DNA of 64,000 bases, taken from the NCBI GenBank assembly GCA_000182565.2, contig KQ257472.1; one strand, given 5' to 3'. Positions 35,528 to 46,026 of this stretch are shown one piece after another; positions within the stretch are counted from its first letter, which is position 1, and each line of letters opens with the position of its first letter. This DNA is from Spizellomyces punctatus DAOM BR117. Lineage: Eukaryota. The notes under the pieces were generated by a model that worked only from the letters and a program-made list of their open reading frames with translations, was not told the DNA's origin and did no database searches. Both the position numbers and the translations under genes were made by a program.

Positions 35528-36351
35528 GAGACCTGTGTACATTAGAAGCTGCTATACTTGTAGTTGACCAAGGCGGGCATGGTACCGTCCATCGGCGATG
35601 TGTGGCCCACATATTAATTCGAGCATCTTATGCCAGCGCCGAGGATGTTTCGACCCAGGAGGCACAAACAGGCACGCCGACCACGCTCAAATCACCTATA
35701 CGAGGATTCTACTGGGCGAGAGATAATAGTGCATATGGTTTTGCCATCATTGAGGGCATTACCCGTGATTGTAAAAAACACTCTTTTGTATCGGCTGCTT
35801 CGCGCGCTCTTTTGGCTTTTTCTTTCCGGGAATCCTCACCCACTCTAGACTGTCACTAAACATTCCAACAAAGAGGATGCTACACCTACGATCTGCAACG
35901 ATAGGGTTTGCGTATGGAATTAGATTACGCTGCAGCAAAGTGTTCCATCATTGGGATGCTTTCCTTGTTAACAAACTTCCATTTTGCACCGGATCCCTTC
36001 AGTTAGCAAAGCTCAAGACAATGCTCTCCAACGGGCTGCGCCTCTTCGCCCTCCTCGTTTACCACCCAAACCACGATCGCGCGGCCACCCACACCATCAG
36101 ACAGAAAGCTTAAATTAACGAGAATTATTTTAAACTTTTTGTTAAAATTACTTGGCCCAAAAGCAACAAAGCGGATGCGGATGTGCGATTTTCTTTTGTC
36201 AGAGTATCGGAGTCCCGGAGGTCGGACGTTGGGCGCTGCCAGAGGGGACGCGTCCAGCCGCCTGTGACACCCATCTGTTATAAAGTACGTCTGGTAGAGC
36301 ATTCGGCCTCGATCCCCATACAGTACTTTGCATTTTCCACCGTACAGAATT

Positions 36352-37679
36352 ATGGCAGCAATCACACGCCGGGTCTGGTTTGTCCCAAATGCCGGTGCAC
36401 TCTCCAACCTCGTCATAAAGGAGGAACAGCTACCACCCCCCGCCGCAGACGAAGTCCGGGTCAAGGTTCACTCCATTGGACTAAACTTTGCAGATGTCTT
36501 CTCAGTCCTTGGGTTATATGAAGCGGCGCCGAAAACCAATCTTGTCCCGGGGCTTGAGTTTGCTGGTGTTGTGGAAACGCCTGGAGGGGGTATGTTTTCA
36601 TGCCATGTCTCACCAGTTGGTTGAAACTAATGGCGGTTGCGATATTATAGGATTCAAAGTAGGCGACCGCGTGCTTGGAACTGTGCGATTCGGTAAGTCC
36701 TTTCATACTTGACATGACCTTCCTGTAACGCATGCGTATTCTGAATTCTATTCTACAGGAGCGTATGCAAGCCATCTGAACGTGAACCCACTGTATCTCC
36801 GGCATAGCCCCAATGGCTGGTCCTTTGAGGAAGCGGCTTCCTTCCTCATCCAATCCCTCACAGCAATCTACGCCATCCGTGAGCTCGCCGCCCTTAAACC
36901 TGGATCTACAGTTCTTGTACAAAGCGCGGCCGGAGGTGTCGGCTTACAGGCGCTGAGGATCTTGGAGGCGATGCCCAATGTATCCGTATTGGGTGTGGTC
37001 GGAAGCCCAAGTAAACTCAAATTTCTGAATGACACCTTCCCTCCGGCAAAAAACAATGAGGATCCAAACGCCAAAAGAAAGAATTGGCGATTCATCTCTC
37101 GTGCTGAGACAGGATCCGAGTTTGCAGCCCAAATGTCGGATTACATCTCGTCTCACCCAACCCTTACCGGATTTGATCTCATTCTCGACTCTGTAGCCGG
37201 CCCTTACTTCCATCCAATGTACGCTGCCATGAATCCTGCTGGTCGCCATGTTATTTTTGGCGCTGCATCTTTGGCTCCTGCAACTCTGGATCTTACCCCT
37301 CGCCTTTCTTTCCTCTCACCTGTCAACCTATTCCGTGCCATTAAGCTGGGTTACAAATACTCTATGCGTCCCCGCGTCGACCCGATGAAACTCATGGGAG
37401 ACAACAAAGCTGTCATGGGATTCAATCTGATCTGGTTGTATGATAAAGCAGAGCTATTAAGCGGACTGTACGGAGAGTTGGAAAGGTTGAACTTGAAACC
37501 CCCACACGTTGGACACCGATTTGATTTTGAGGAGATGCCAGGTAAGAATTTCTATTTGCTGTTAAATGCAATGCATCCCGACACTAAGTCCATTCTTTTT
37601 GCGTAAAGCGGCCCTTGCCCTCTTCCAAAGCGGTTCAACAGTAGGCAAAGTTGTCATTAACGTTAAACACGACAATTGA
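36352..37679 (+). CDS. VAT-1-like / MDR-family NADPH quinone oxidoreductase, 4 exons
   Basis: VRVKVHSIGLNFAD..PGLEFAGVV, GFKVGDRVLG, VLVQSAAGGVG, FDLILDSV and GKVVI. Confidence 0.92.
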
Positions 37680-37955
37680 ATTTAGCCTAGTATAGCACGT
37701 TGATAGTCGACTAGTCGCCACGCTAGCCAGAGTTTCTTTCCTTCCCTTCTTCGATCATTTCTCCGTTTTTGCAGGAAACTTCGTCTAGCAACGCTCTTTA
37801 GTGAGCCTCATTTAGTTACATAATATACATATATTTTAGCTAGGAAGCCAATGTTGGTCTTACTTGTTGGCACTTTTGCACTTGATCTGTAGATGGAAGC
37901 AGGGATCATTGTGAAACGGCTTTTCTGATTGCCATAGCCGACACAACGAACGCTC

Positions 37956-38828
37956 CTAACTCAAATCGTTTTCAGGCTGGTGAAGAATTGCATCCTCCGT
38001 GAACAGAGACTTTGACGCTGTTATTTCGTCTAGCACCCTCTTCAATTCTTTAAACAGCAGCAGCTTATCCTCTTTGCTATAAGCACTAACTCTTCCTGAC
38101 GTTGACGGCACCACAAACAAGGCGGTAGCTCCCACTTTTTCAGCCTGCAGTCCAAGTTCAAATTTCTTTTTCCCAGAAAATGCCTCATAAACCCCTTTCC
38201 CAACAAAACAGCACACTTTTGGGCGAAAAGTCGTGATCTTTGCATAAAGTGGATCAGCTCCTGCAGACATTTCCTTCATAGAAAGATCACTGGAGCCTCG
38301 AGTAGGGCGGGACACGATATTCGTGAACCCAATAGAAAAGTCTGCAGGGCACCGGGCGTCGTCTTTGTAGGTGACGACTGTTGACCCAACAAGTCCAGAT
38401 TCCGATAGACATGTCCAAAAATGGTTGTTACTTCCTGCATAGTGGTGGCCTCTTGTAGATGATTGTATACCAGGGTTGAAACCGCAAAACACAACGTCGA
38501 GATCCTTTTCCAAGTAGTCGGGAACCTCTTTTAATGGTGTTATCGTTTGGGCAGCACGTATGCGCTTTGAAGAGGTATCGAGAACGGTTGCGGAGCGCTT
38601 GGTGCGTCGTTTGGTGGCATCCGACGTGACCTTGTCAAGAATGCGTGCACTGCCAGAGGACGCTTTGTACTGTTCATCCACTTGCACATTTGCGCCCACT
38701 GGAAGTTTTAACCGACTTGCTCTTGCTGCTGGTCCCGTATAAGCAAAGCCCGCAATCAAGCCCTTAAATCCAGGCTCCGAATGTATGGTCTTGTTGTTGT
38801 TGTTGTCATCCTCTGTGTTCATGCTCAT
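37956..38828 (-). CDS. TDG: G/T(U) mismatch-specific DNA glycosylase (TDG/MUG family), intronless
   Basis: VFCGFNPG..GHHYAG..NHFW.CL.ESG, GFTNIVSRPT, FVGKGVY and VVPSTSGR. Confidence 0.95.
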   Translation of the reverse strand: MSMNTEDDNNNNKTIHSEPGFKGLIAGFAYTGPAARASRLKLPVGANVQVDEQYKASSGSARILDKVTSDATKRRTKRSATVLDTSSKRIRAAQTITPLKEVPDYLEKDLDVVFCGFNPGIQSSTRGHHYAGSNNHFWTCLSESGLVGSTVVTYKDDARCPADFSIGFTNIVSRPTRGSSDLSMKEMSAGADPLYAKITTFRPKVCCFVGKGVYEAFSGKKKFELGLQAEKVGATALFVVPSTSGRVSAYSKEDKLLLFKELKRVLDEITASKSLFTEDAILHQPENDLS

Positions 38829-39762
38829 GTCAAAACAGACTGAAAAAGATCAAACACCTGGAAATTGAAGTGCATCCGCTGAGGATCGAACCTGCGTCCT
38901 AATTGGCCTGCACGTCTCCCCAATTGCATACGATAAACGACTCGATCCGCAAAGTCTTTCGTGTGATATGCCAAAGTACAAAACCGGAACAATGTTCGCT
39001 CCCATCATTGTTGTTGAATTGCATCAAGTCGAGCATTGCTACCTTCTTAGCACAGTACCTAACGTGTTCAAATGCTTGGCCTCCTACGTCTGCCCGATGC
39101 CTGCGTATGGGCATTATGCAAGCGCACAGCTCGCATGTACCCGGAAGGCACAGTCATGAGCAGCTTGCGCCACATCGGGCCATGCGAGTACCTCCCTGGT
39201 TACGGGCACCGAACTGGTAGAAATGTTTTTTCGTTTGCTGTGAGCATGGAGCTGGAGACAGGTTATGCAAACCAGCATTATGCCATGGCAAACCAATACT
39301 ATCGTAATGCTAGTGCTAGACAGGACTTTAGGTTCTCGCGAGGATGATCCTGTAGCGAGACGCTCCACTGAGGTTCAGTTCGCAAGATCAGGAGGATAGC
39401 CCGCCTCCGAGTCCCACATGGTCTGTACTCGCAATTATTGACACGCGTAGAAACCATCACGTTCAGTTGAACTTGCAAAAAGGCATGGTGCCATTTCGGG
39501 CTCTCGCCAGTAAACGCCATGCGGGAAACCAATAAACAGAACTGGCAAACGGACAACAAAAAGGAGGAAGCACGCGCGCAACAAGAAGCAGCAATCAAGA
39601 AGAAAACAAAAAAAAACGTAGAATGATATAATCCTCAGCCAATCAGACGGCATCCAATCCCCGCCATCTCATCGAAATCTCCAAATGGATGGGCGGCTGC
39701 AAACGCGGTCTGCACAAAATAATGTTTTTATTTTTTGGTTTTCCATCATCGTCCACCCGCAA

Positions 39763-39781
39763 CCCCCCCCCCCCCCCCCCC
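39763..39781. repeat. Poly-C homopolymer (19 nt; G19 on the minus strand)
   Basis: Seen directly, upstream of the OPT gene. Confidence 0.95.
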
Positions 39782-40141
39782 GGCGCGTTTTACACTGTTA
39801 GAGTGGTAACCTGTGAGGGCCTCATCACATGCTTTTAGACTGTTAAACCTTAAAGCCTCCCCCCGTCCATGAAAAGATGGCTCAGAGTACCTTCCCAGTT
39901 ACTGGCGTTGTACACCCCTTTTATTTTGCCTCGTATTCGTTTTCCACTTTGCATCCTAGAAAGAGCCTGGAATCGCTCCTTTTTTTTCTTTCTCTTGTTG
40001 ATGACCTTGTTCTATGCTTTTGTTTTCTCGGCTTGTTGATAAATTCGTCCAGCCCTTCTGTCTCTCCCGTCCCCTCTTTCTCTATTCACCTTGCTTTGTT
40101 CGACTGCCTTTTGTTGCAAAGAGAGAGTTTAGCACTCTGTC

Positions 40142-42853
40142 ATGGACAACATCGAAGCAGGCCCTAGGGATACCAGCATGGCAGCATTGCACCAGCGTTC
40201 GCGAAACTCGGTGGTAACCGCCGTAGATGATGGCAAGCTACAGATTCTTGATGTGAATCCAGCGCAAGATACCTCCGGCTACGGTGGTCAACGTACCTCT
40301 GGGACTCCTGAACGTGGGCATTTTACATTGTAAGCATTGCGAGTGGCGTTTACCCGCAGAAATGTTTTGCTTACCTTTCTACTGTCTTGAATAGCCGAGC
40401 TTCCATTATTGGTTCACTCCTCGGATGCTTCGTAGCGGCTTCCAACTTTTACCTTGGCCTCAAAGCGGGGTGGACGTTCGGAGCCCAGCTCTTTTCGGCC
40501 ATTTTCAGTTTTGGTATTCTCAAGACGTTGTCCCGCGTTTGGGGTCCTTTCTTTGGCCCTGAAGAGAATTGTACGGCCCAGACGGCAGCGTCTACCACGG
40601 GAGGGTTGTCTGTTGGGTTTATTACTGGTATACCCGCGCTCTATCGGCTTGGTCTCATGTCCGAGGATGTGATGGACGATCTAGGCAAGTTGATCATGTG
40701 GACTATCGGTAAGTGGCCAGTTGTTATATACCCTAGTTATGGCTGGTTCTAAGTATCGTACAGCCGCTGCCTTCTATGGTTTATTCTTTGCTGTGCCCCT
40801 CCGTAAGCACTTTGTTATCAACCACGACTTTCCCTTTCCGACGCCGCGTGCAACTGCTGTTACCATCTTGACGTTGCATGGCAGCGTCGGTAAGCAAAAG
40901 GAAGCAATCCAGACTGTCAAGGTCATGATCGCGACCTTTGGTAAGCTGATTATGAGATAGTTCAAGTGTTTTTACGCCCTTGTTAATATACATCTCTTTC
41001 ACAAATAGCCGGCGCATTTGCGCAGACACTGTTGAGTTACTGGATCTACTTCCTTGACAAGATTCATGTGAGTATGGCATTTTTGGCTCTTGCCACAGAG
41101 AGAGGGACGGAGCATAATAGTAATCTTCTCCTTCAGCTTCTCTTCTGGATCGGTCGTGCAGCTGGCAACATTGGACTCCAGAATGCGGATATCGTCTGGG
41201 GATGGCATATCGTTCCCAATTTTGCCTTCTATGGTGCCGGTTTGATCACACCCCCTGCGACGCTCTTGTCTTTCCTTGCCGGCTCTGTAATTGCCTTTGG
41301 CATTGGCGGCCCCGTGATGTTAAGTGATGGGTGAGTTGAACGAATCTGATATATCAAGAACAAAAGGAGAGGCCTGACGCATTCTTGCTTAAATATTATG
41401 TTATAGGTACCTATCGGCGGCTTTGGGATGGGGTAAAAAAGGGAACGGCTCAGCTCAATCTTGGTGGTTCTGGCCCGGTATTTCTCTTATGCTCTTCTCT
41501 GCCTTTACGGAGCTTGCGGTCAATTACAAGACCATCATCAGCGGCACAAGGGAGGCCCTGGGCAAGCTAGTTTCGGTTGTATCCGAGAAAATAAACTCAC
41601 GGCGTAAACCCGACAATATCCATTCAGAGCAGCAGCTGATGAAAGGCGAGCAAAGCGATGCGTCAGGGGCCTATGGCAAAGATCCCGTACCTCTCGCACA
41701 TCAGGTCCCAACTTTGTGGTGGACTGGCGGGCTGTTGGTCTCCAGTTTCTGGACATGTATGTAGTTGCCACACATTTATTTCATTACCGCTTTGAGGAGA
41801 CTAACCTACCGCATGCAAGGTTTCACCATGGCATACTTTTTCAAGATTCCCGTTTATCAATCCATTCTTTCGATTATCTTTGCCTTTTTCCTCGCGCTAA
41901 TCGGAGTGCAGGCCGCTGCTGAGACCGACATCAACCCAATTAGTACTTTGGCAAAGGTCGTTCAATTGGCGTTCTTCAAGTTTCCTGCCGACTCTTTACA
42001 AAGTCTGCAACGAAACAATATCCTGTCGGCGGCAGTAACGTCTGCCGCGGCGAATCAGGCCGCTGATATGGTTGGCGATCTCAAAGTGAGTTCAGAGAGT
42101 ATCATGACAACTGGCATTCAAACAAGATGCTAATTTCGACCTTCAATTCAGACAGGACACATTGTTGGGGCATCTCCTCGTTCGCAATTCCTCGCGCAAC
42201 TCATTGGCAGCGCAGTGGCGATTCCAGTCAATCTACTGCTTTTCATTGTTTTTGCGAAAGCTTATCCCTGCATTGTCAAACCTATGGACACTTGTGATTT
42301 CGGGTAGGGTGCCCATGCGGCCTTTCAACTCTGCAATGCCAACCACTCATTGACTCTTTTGGGCAGGCTCTCGCCTGTTCTTGGCTGGGAAAACTTTACG
42401 AAACTGTTGACAACGAGTGCCAACCTGCCTATGGCTTCCTGGGTTACCGCTCTTGTATGCGGCTTTGTCGCCATTCTGTTCACGATCATGAAACACCAGT
42501 ACATTCCACAGAAGCATCATGACTCTCTTCCCAACCTGGGTGCTATTGGGTTGGGATTCATCGTTCCCCAGCCTTCCACACCTCTTGCAATGTGTATGGC
42601 CATGGTCGGTGGTATGATTTGGAAAAAGTTATCTCCAAGCAGTGAACACAAGTTTAGAATGGCAGTTGCCAGCGGTGGCATTGCTGGTGTCGGCATTGCT
42701 GGTATGTCATCATCATGGCTGACTGCTAAAGATTTCTTGCTCATCCATCTCGTAGCCGTCCTTAGAGCCGTTCTCAAGCTATCGGACGTTCCGGATAAGG
42801 TTGTCGACTGGAACTGTCCTGTCAGTGTTGACGGCGTTGTCAAATGCTTATAG
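40142..42853 (+). CDS. OPT-superfamily oligopeptide / metal-chelate transporter (YSL-like), multi-exon
   Basis: FTLRASIIGSLLG..NFYLGLKAGW, FGPEENCTAQTAAS, FAVPLRKHFV..FPTPRATA, AETDINP, DMVGDLKTGHIVGASPRSQF and VASGGIAG. Confidence 0.93.
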
Positions 42854-43970
42854 TCAATGTAGTTTTGCCGAGTTTGCTGTAACATTTTTCTTGGATTTTT
42901 CGTTCCGTTCCATTGCTCGTCGTTGTAGGAACGACATTACGCATGACAAAAGTAGAGGCCTCCACTTTCTGATCTGAGAAAACATGTCCAATGTGCTGCT
43001 TGTCCCTTTTGCAAAGTGGCAAGGACAAAGGCACAGCGGAGGAGACCAACTGTTGTGCAATGTCAAATGTGTATGGGGCTTGCCCACAGGCCCTGGAATT
43101 CACGAGCTCAATCTGTCAGCTGCTCTTACCGCTTCCCGCCGTTCACATGGGTCCGTAGTCAGCGCTCAATGCACAAGTAAGACCATAACCTTGCTATATA
43201 CGCTACCCCCACCACGCCTATTCTTCATCGTTGTCCTCTTGTGCCTTCTGTCTGGAAACGCCTTCCCTCCACACGAACTCAACGGGTAAGCACATGTGAC
43301 TGTGCCGCCACAATCTGATCTTTATTTGAACCAGACGCTTTTGCACACATTGGGTGTTCCGATCACAACAGCCTTCCAACTTCAGCCGTCAAGGGAAACC
43401 CTAACTTTAAACCCTCATCGTTAGTTTAAACCTAAAGTCCTAAAGTCCAACGACGGTTGTATTTTGTGTTTGGGGGCAGCTGAAGAAGAAGATCTTTCCA
43501 AAAATAAACACATTCAGACGAATGGAGAAAAATTGCGGGATGTTATTTTCTAGCCGCTGTTTGGATGACCTTTTAGGTGTTCAGCCGACCACCGCGGCAA
43601 ATGGAGAGAGCAACGTGACTGCAAGATCCAAAAGCGGCCCAATTCGTCCTTGGCAAAACGCAGAAGTGAAATAATGTAAAAAAAAAAAGCTAAAAATAAA
43701 CCAATGCATATGCCAAAAACCGTACATCACCTAGTGTACGTCAAACATGAAATTTAGCCTCTAGTGCAATAGTTCATTTGCTTGCAAAGGTCGGTTCTTT
43801 CTCCCTCCCGAACGGCGCCTTGACATCGGAACCCACAACATGGAATCTGTACACTTTATGCCACTGGTGAACACGGCTATTTAAAAAGCGACTGACTGTC
43901 CAGCTTGCCTTCCCTTCTTCTCTAATTGCATCCAATCCCCAAATTGATACTTTCACCCACATTTTACAAC

Positions 43971-44709
43971 ATGGCTGTTTCCATCAACGACTACGCGTAC
44001 GTTTGGGTTGTGCTGTAGCAGCTGTTTGATTAAATATTGAATCTTGAGTGTTCTTTTTTGCTTGCGCTTTGCAGTGGCTTCTGGACCTTGGACTCTTCTC
44101 GCACGTAGGCATACCCCCGCGATTGTTTTTAAAGCGTATTTAATTGATACTCATTTCTCTTCTCTCTCGTCACAGCGATGATTACCAAGATGTTCTCTCT
44201 GCCCAAGGCGTTTCTTGGGTCGTCCGCAAGGTCATCGCCAACATGACCATCACCTACGATATCACCGTCAGCAAAGACGAGAACGGAAACGACGTCATCA
44301 CAGCTGTCAACCCCAAGGGAGCCAAGCAGGTTTGCATTCAAAATGTCTAGCAACACTCTTATAATTCTGATTCTAACCTTTACGACTGGGTTCTGACAGG
44401 TCTTTGTTCTCGATGGCGTGTCACGCCCAGATGAAGACAGTACCTACGGCTCTGTTGCGCACTCTGCCACCAAAGATGCCAACGGACAAGTCAACTTGAC
44501 TACCGTGTCTGAGAAGAATAAGTGGAAGGTATGTTTCATTGTTTCTTTTGTGAATCAATTTTAAGGAATGGTACTAAGATCCTGTCACATTTTAGAACTC
44601 TGGAGTCTGGACGCTTGAGGAGAATGGCACCGTCATGGTCCGAACGCTCTCATTCGAGTCGCCAAAACTCACCAAAACCTTCAAGATGACGTTCAAGAAG
44701 AAGCAATAA
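43971..44709 (+). CDS. Calycin / fatty-acid-binding-protein-like small beta-barrel protein, 5 exons
   Basis: Spliced MAVSINDYAGFWTLDSSRTDDYQDVLSAQGVSWVVRKVIANMT..VFVLDG..VWTLEENGTVMVRTL..KMTFKKKQ has the FABP-type GxW.L..S and G(V)xWxxRK motifs. TATA-like TATTTAAA at ~43878. Confidence 0.8.
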
Positions 44710-45065
44710 ATGTTATATACCCGTTCGGACGGAAGAGTTTGTTAATTATTTCAAGTAGACTTGTGGACAAGTGCTGTCCAGAAAGTTTGTTGCGAGGATA
44801 TTTTACTCTGTTACTAGTGTCATGAAAACAATAAAGCATGTGTTGTGATCGTCAGCTGTTTCCTGCAAAATATCTGCATGAAGCGACAGTTGCGGCCACA
44901 GTTGGAATTGAAACTTGCACGTCAGTCACGCGAGTGGCTATGCCGTCATTTGTCCATATTGGGAAGAATGACATGACGTCAGTTCCGCTGTCAGCATATC
45001 TTTATATTCTCGCCCTGGTCTTTCACCAGCTCTTGTCGTATTGCAACCCACCAACACTAAACTCG

Positions 45066-45971
45066 ATGACAGATTCAAATACCGCTTCTGGGACACCCAC
45101 TGGGACACCCACCGACGTACCACGTCCTCCCAACGATCCCTCACCTCCCGTTCGCACAAAAACCTACTTTAACCACCTCCTAACAGTCGCCAACAAGCTC
45201 GCCCCTTACCCCGTCCATAAATGCCATTTACACAACGTCCAACACTTTTTCGCATCCCCCCATCCAGACCCAGAGTCTACCCCAAAACATGTTCGAGAGA
45301 ACCCTTTTGACCGTATCGTATATTGCATAAACCCCAGTGCAAAAAAAGCTCAAGAACGTGCCCGACTTCGGACTGTATTGGGCGCTTCCCTTTTAACACA
45401 AAAGTATAATGACAAGCCCGCCAATATTCGTATGCTGTTTTCAAAAACACCGCAAGGTGCAGCAGCACGAGCGACGACTCGGGCGATACATCGGAAAATG
45501 TACGGAAAAGGCTTCTTTGGATTCTTAAAGAAAAAGGAAAAGACATGGATTGAATCTGGCGATCAGTTTGTGAGCCTTATCGAGAAATTTGGAGGTGGGA
45601 TAATGGATCGAGAGCCCAACACCACTGACAAGGAGAAAAACAAAAACTATGCGCCGCGGTCAGGTCCGGAATATACGTACACCCTCCTTCAAGATGGAAC
45701 ACTGCACTTTTCGCGAGCAGAGTCCCCCCTTTTGGATGTCGCATCAAAGCACTGCATTCATTCGTCTGTAGCAGAGGAGGTGGTGTATTCTGGAACGTTT
45801 AGATTAGAAGATCATGATGGGGAGAAGGTGCTGGTGATGGATAATGATTCCGGAACCTACGCACCGAGAACAGACCGAGGCGAGCTACAGCGATTAGAAG
45901 GACTTTTGCAATGGAATTTTAAAGGATTAAAAGTTGAAGCCAGAAAGTTTGTACCGCCAGGATTAGAATAG
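45066..45971 (+). CDS. Uncharacterised intronless protein with a YTY..SKH..H..V.YSG.F..DNDSGTYAP..NF.G domain
   Basis: Single ORF; ATG 45066 preferred over the upstream ATGs. The motif resembles the C-terminal domain of fungal C2-domain proteins, but no C2 domain is seen here. Confidence 0.75.
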   Translation: MTDSNTASGTPTGTPTDVPRPPNDPSPPVRTKTYFNHLLTVANKLAPYPVHKCHLHNVQHFFASPHPDPESTPKHVRENPFDRIVYCINPSAKKAQERARLRTVLGASLLTQKYNDKPANIRMLFSKTPQGAAARATTRAIHRKMYGKGFFGFLKKKEKTWIESGDQFVSLIEKFGGGIMDREPNTTDKEKNKNYAPRSGPEYTYTLLQDGTLHFSRAESPLLDVASKHCIHSSVAEEVVYSGTFRLEDHDGEKVLVMDNDSGTYAPRTDRGELQRLEGLLQWNFKGLKVEARKFVPPGLE

Positions 45972-46026
45972 ACAAACATGAAATATGATATAATGCTACA
46001 AACTACTCTCTTTACACAGCAAGATT

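Noticed and set aside
35524-35859. VVDQGGHGTVH resembling a kinase Gly-rich loop
   Set aside because: No VAIK, HRD or DFG motifs follow.
38900-39400. Cys-containing short ORFs between TDG and OPT
   Set aside because: No coherent domain or splice structure; probably promoter or UTR sequence.
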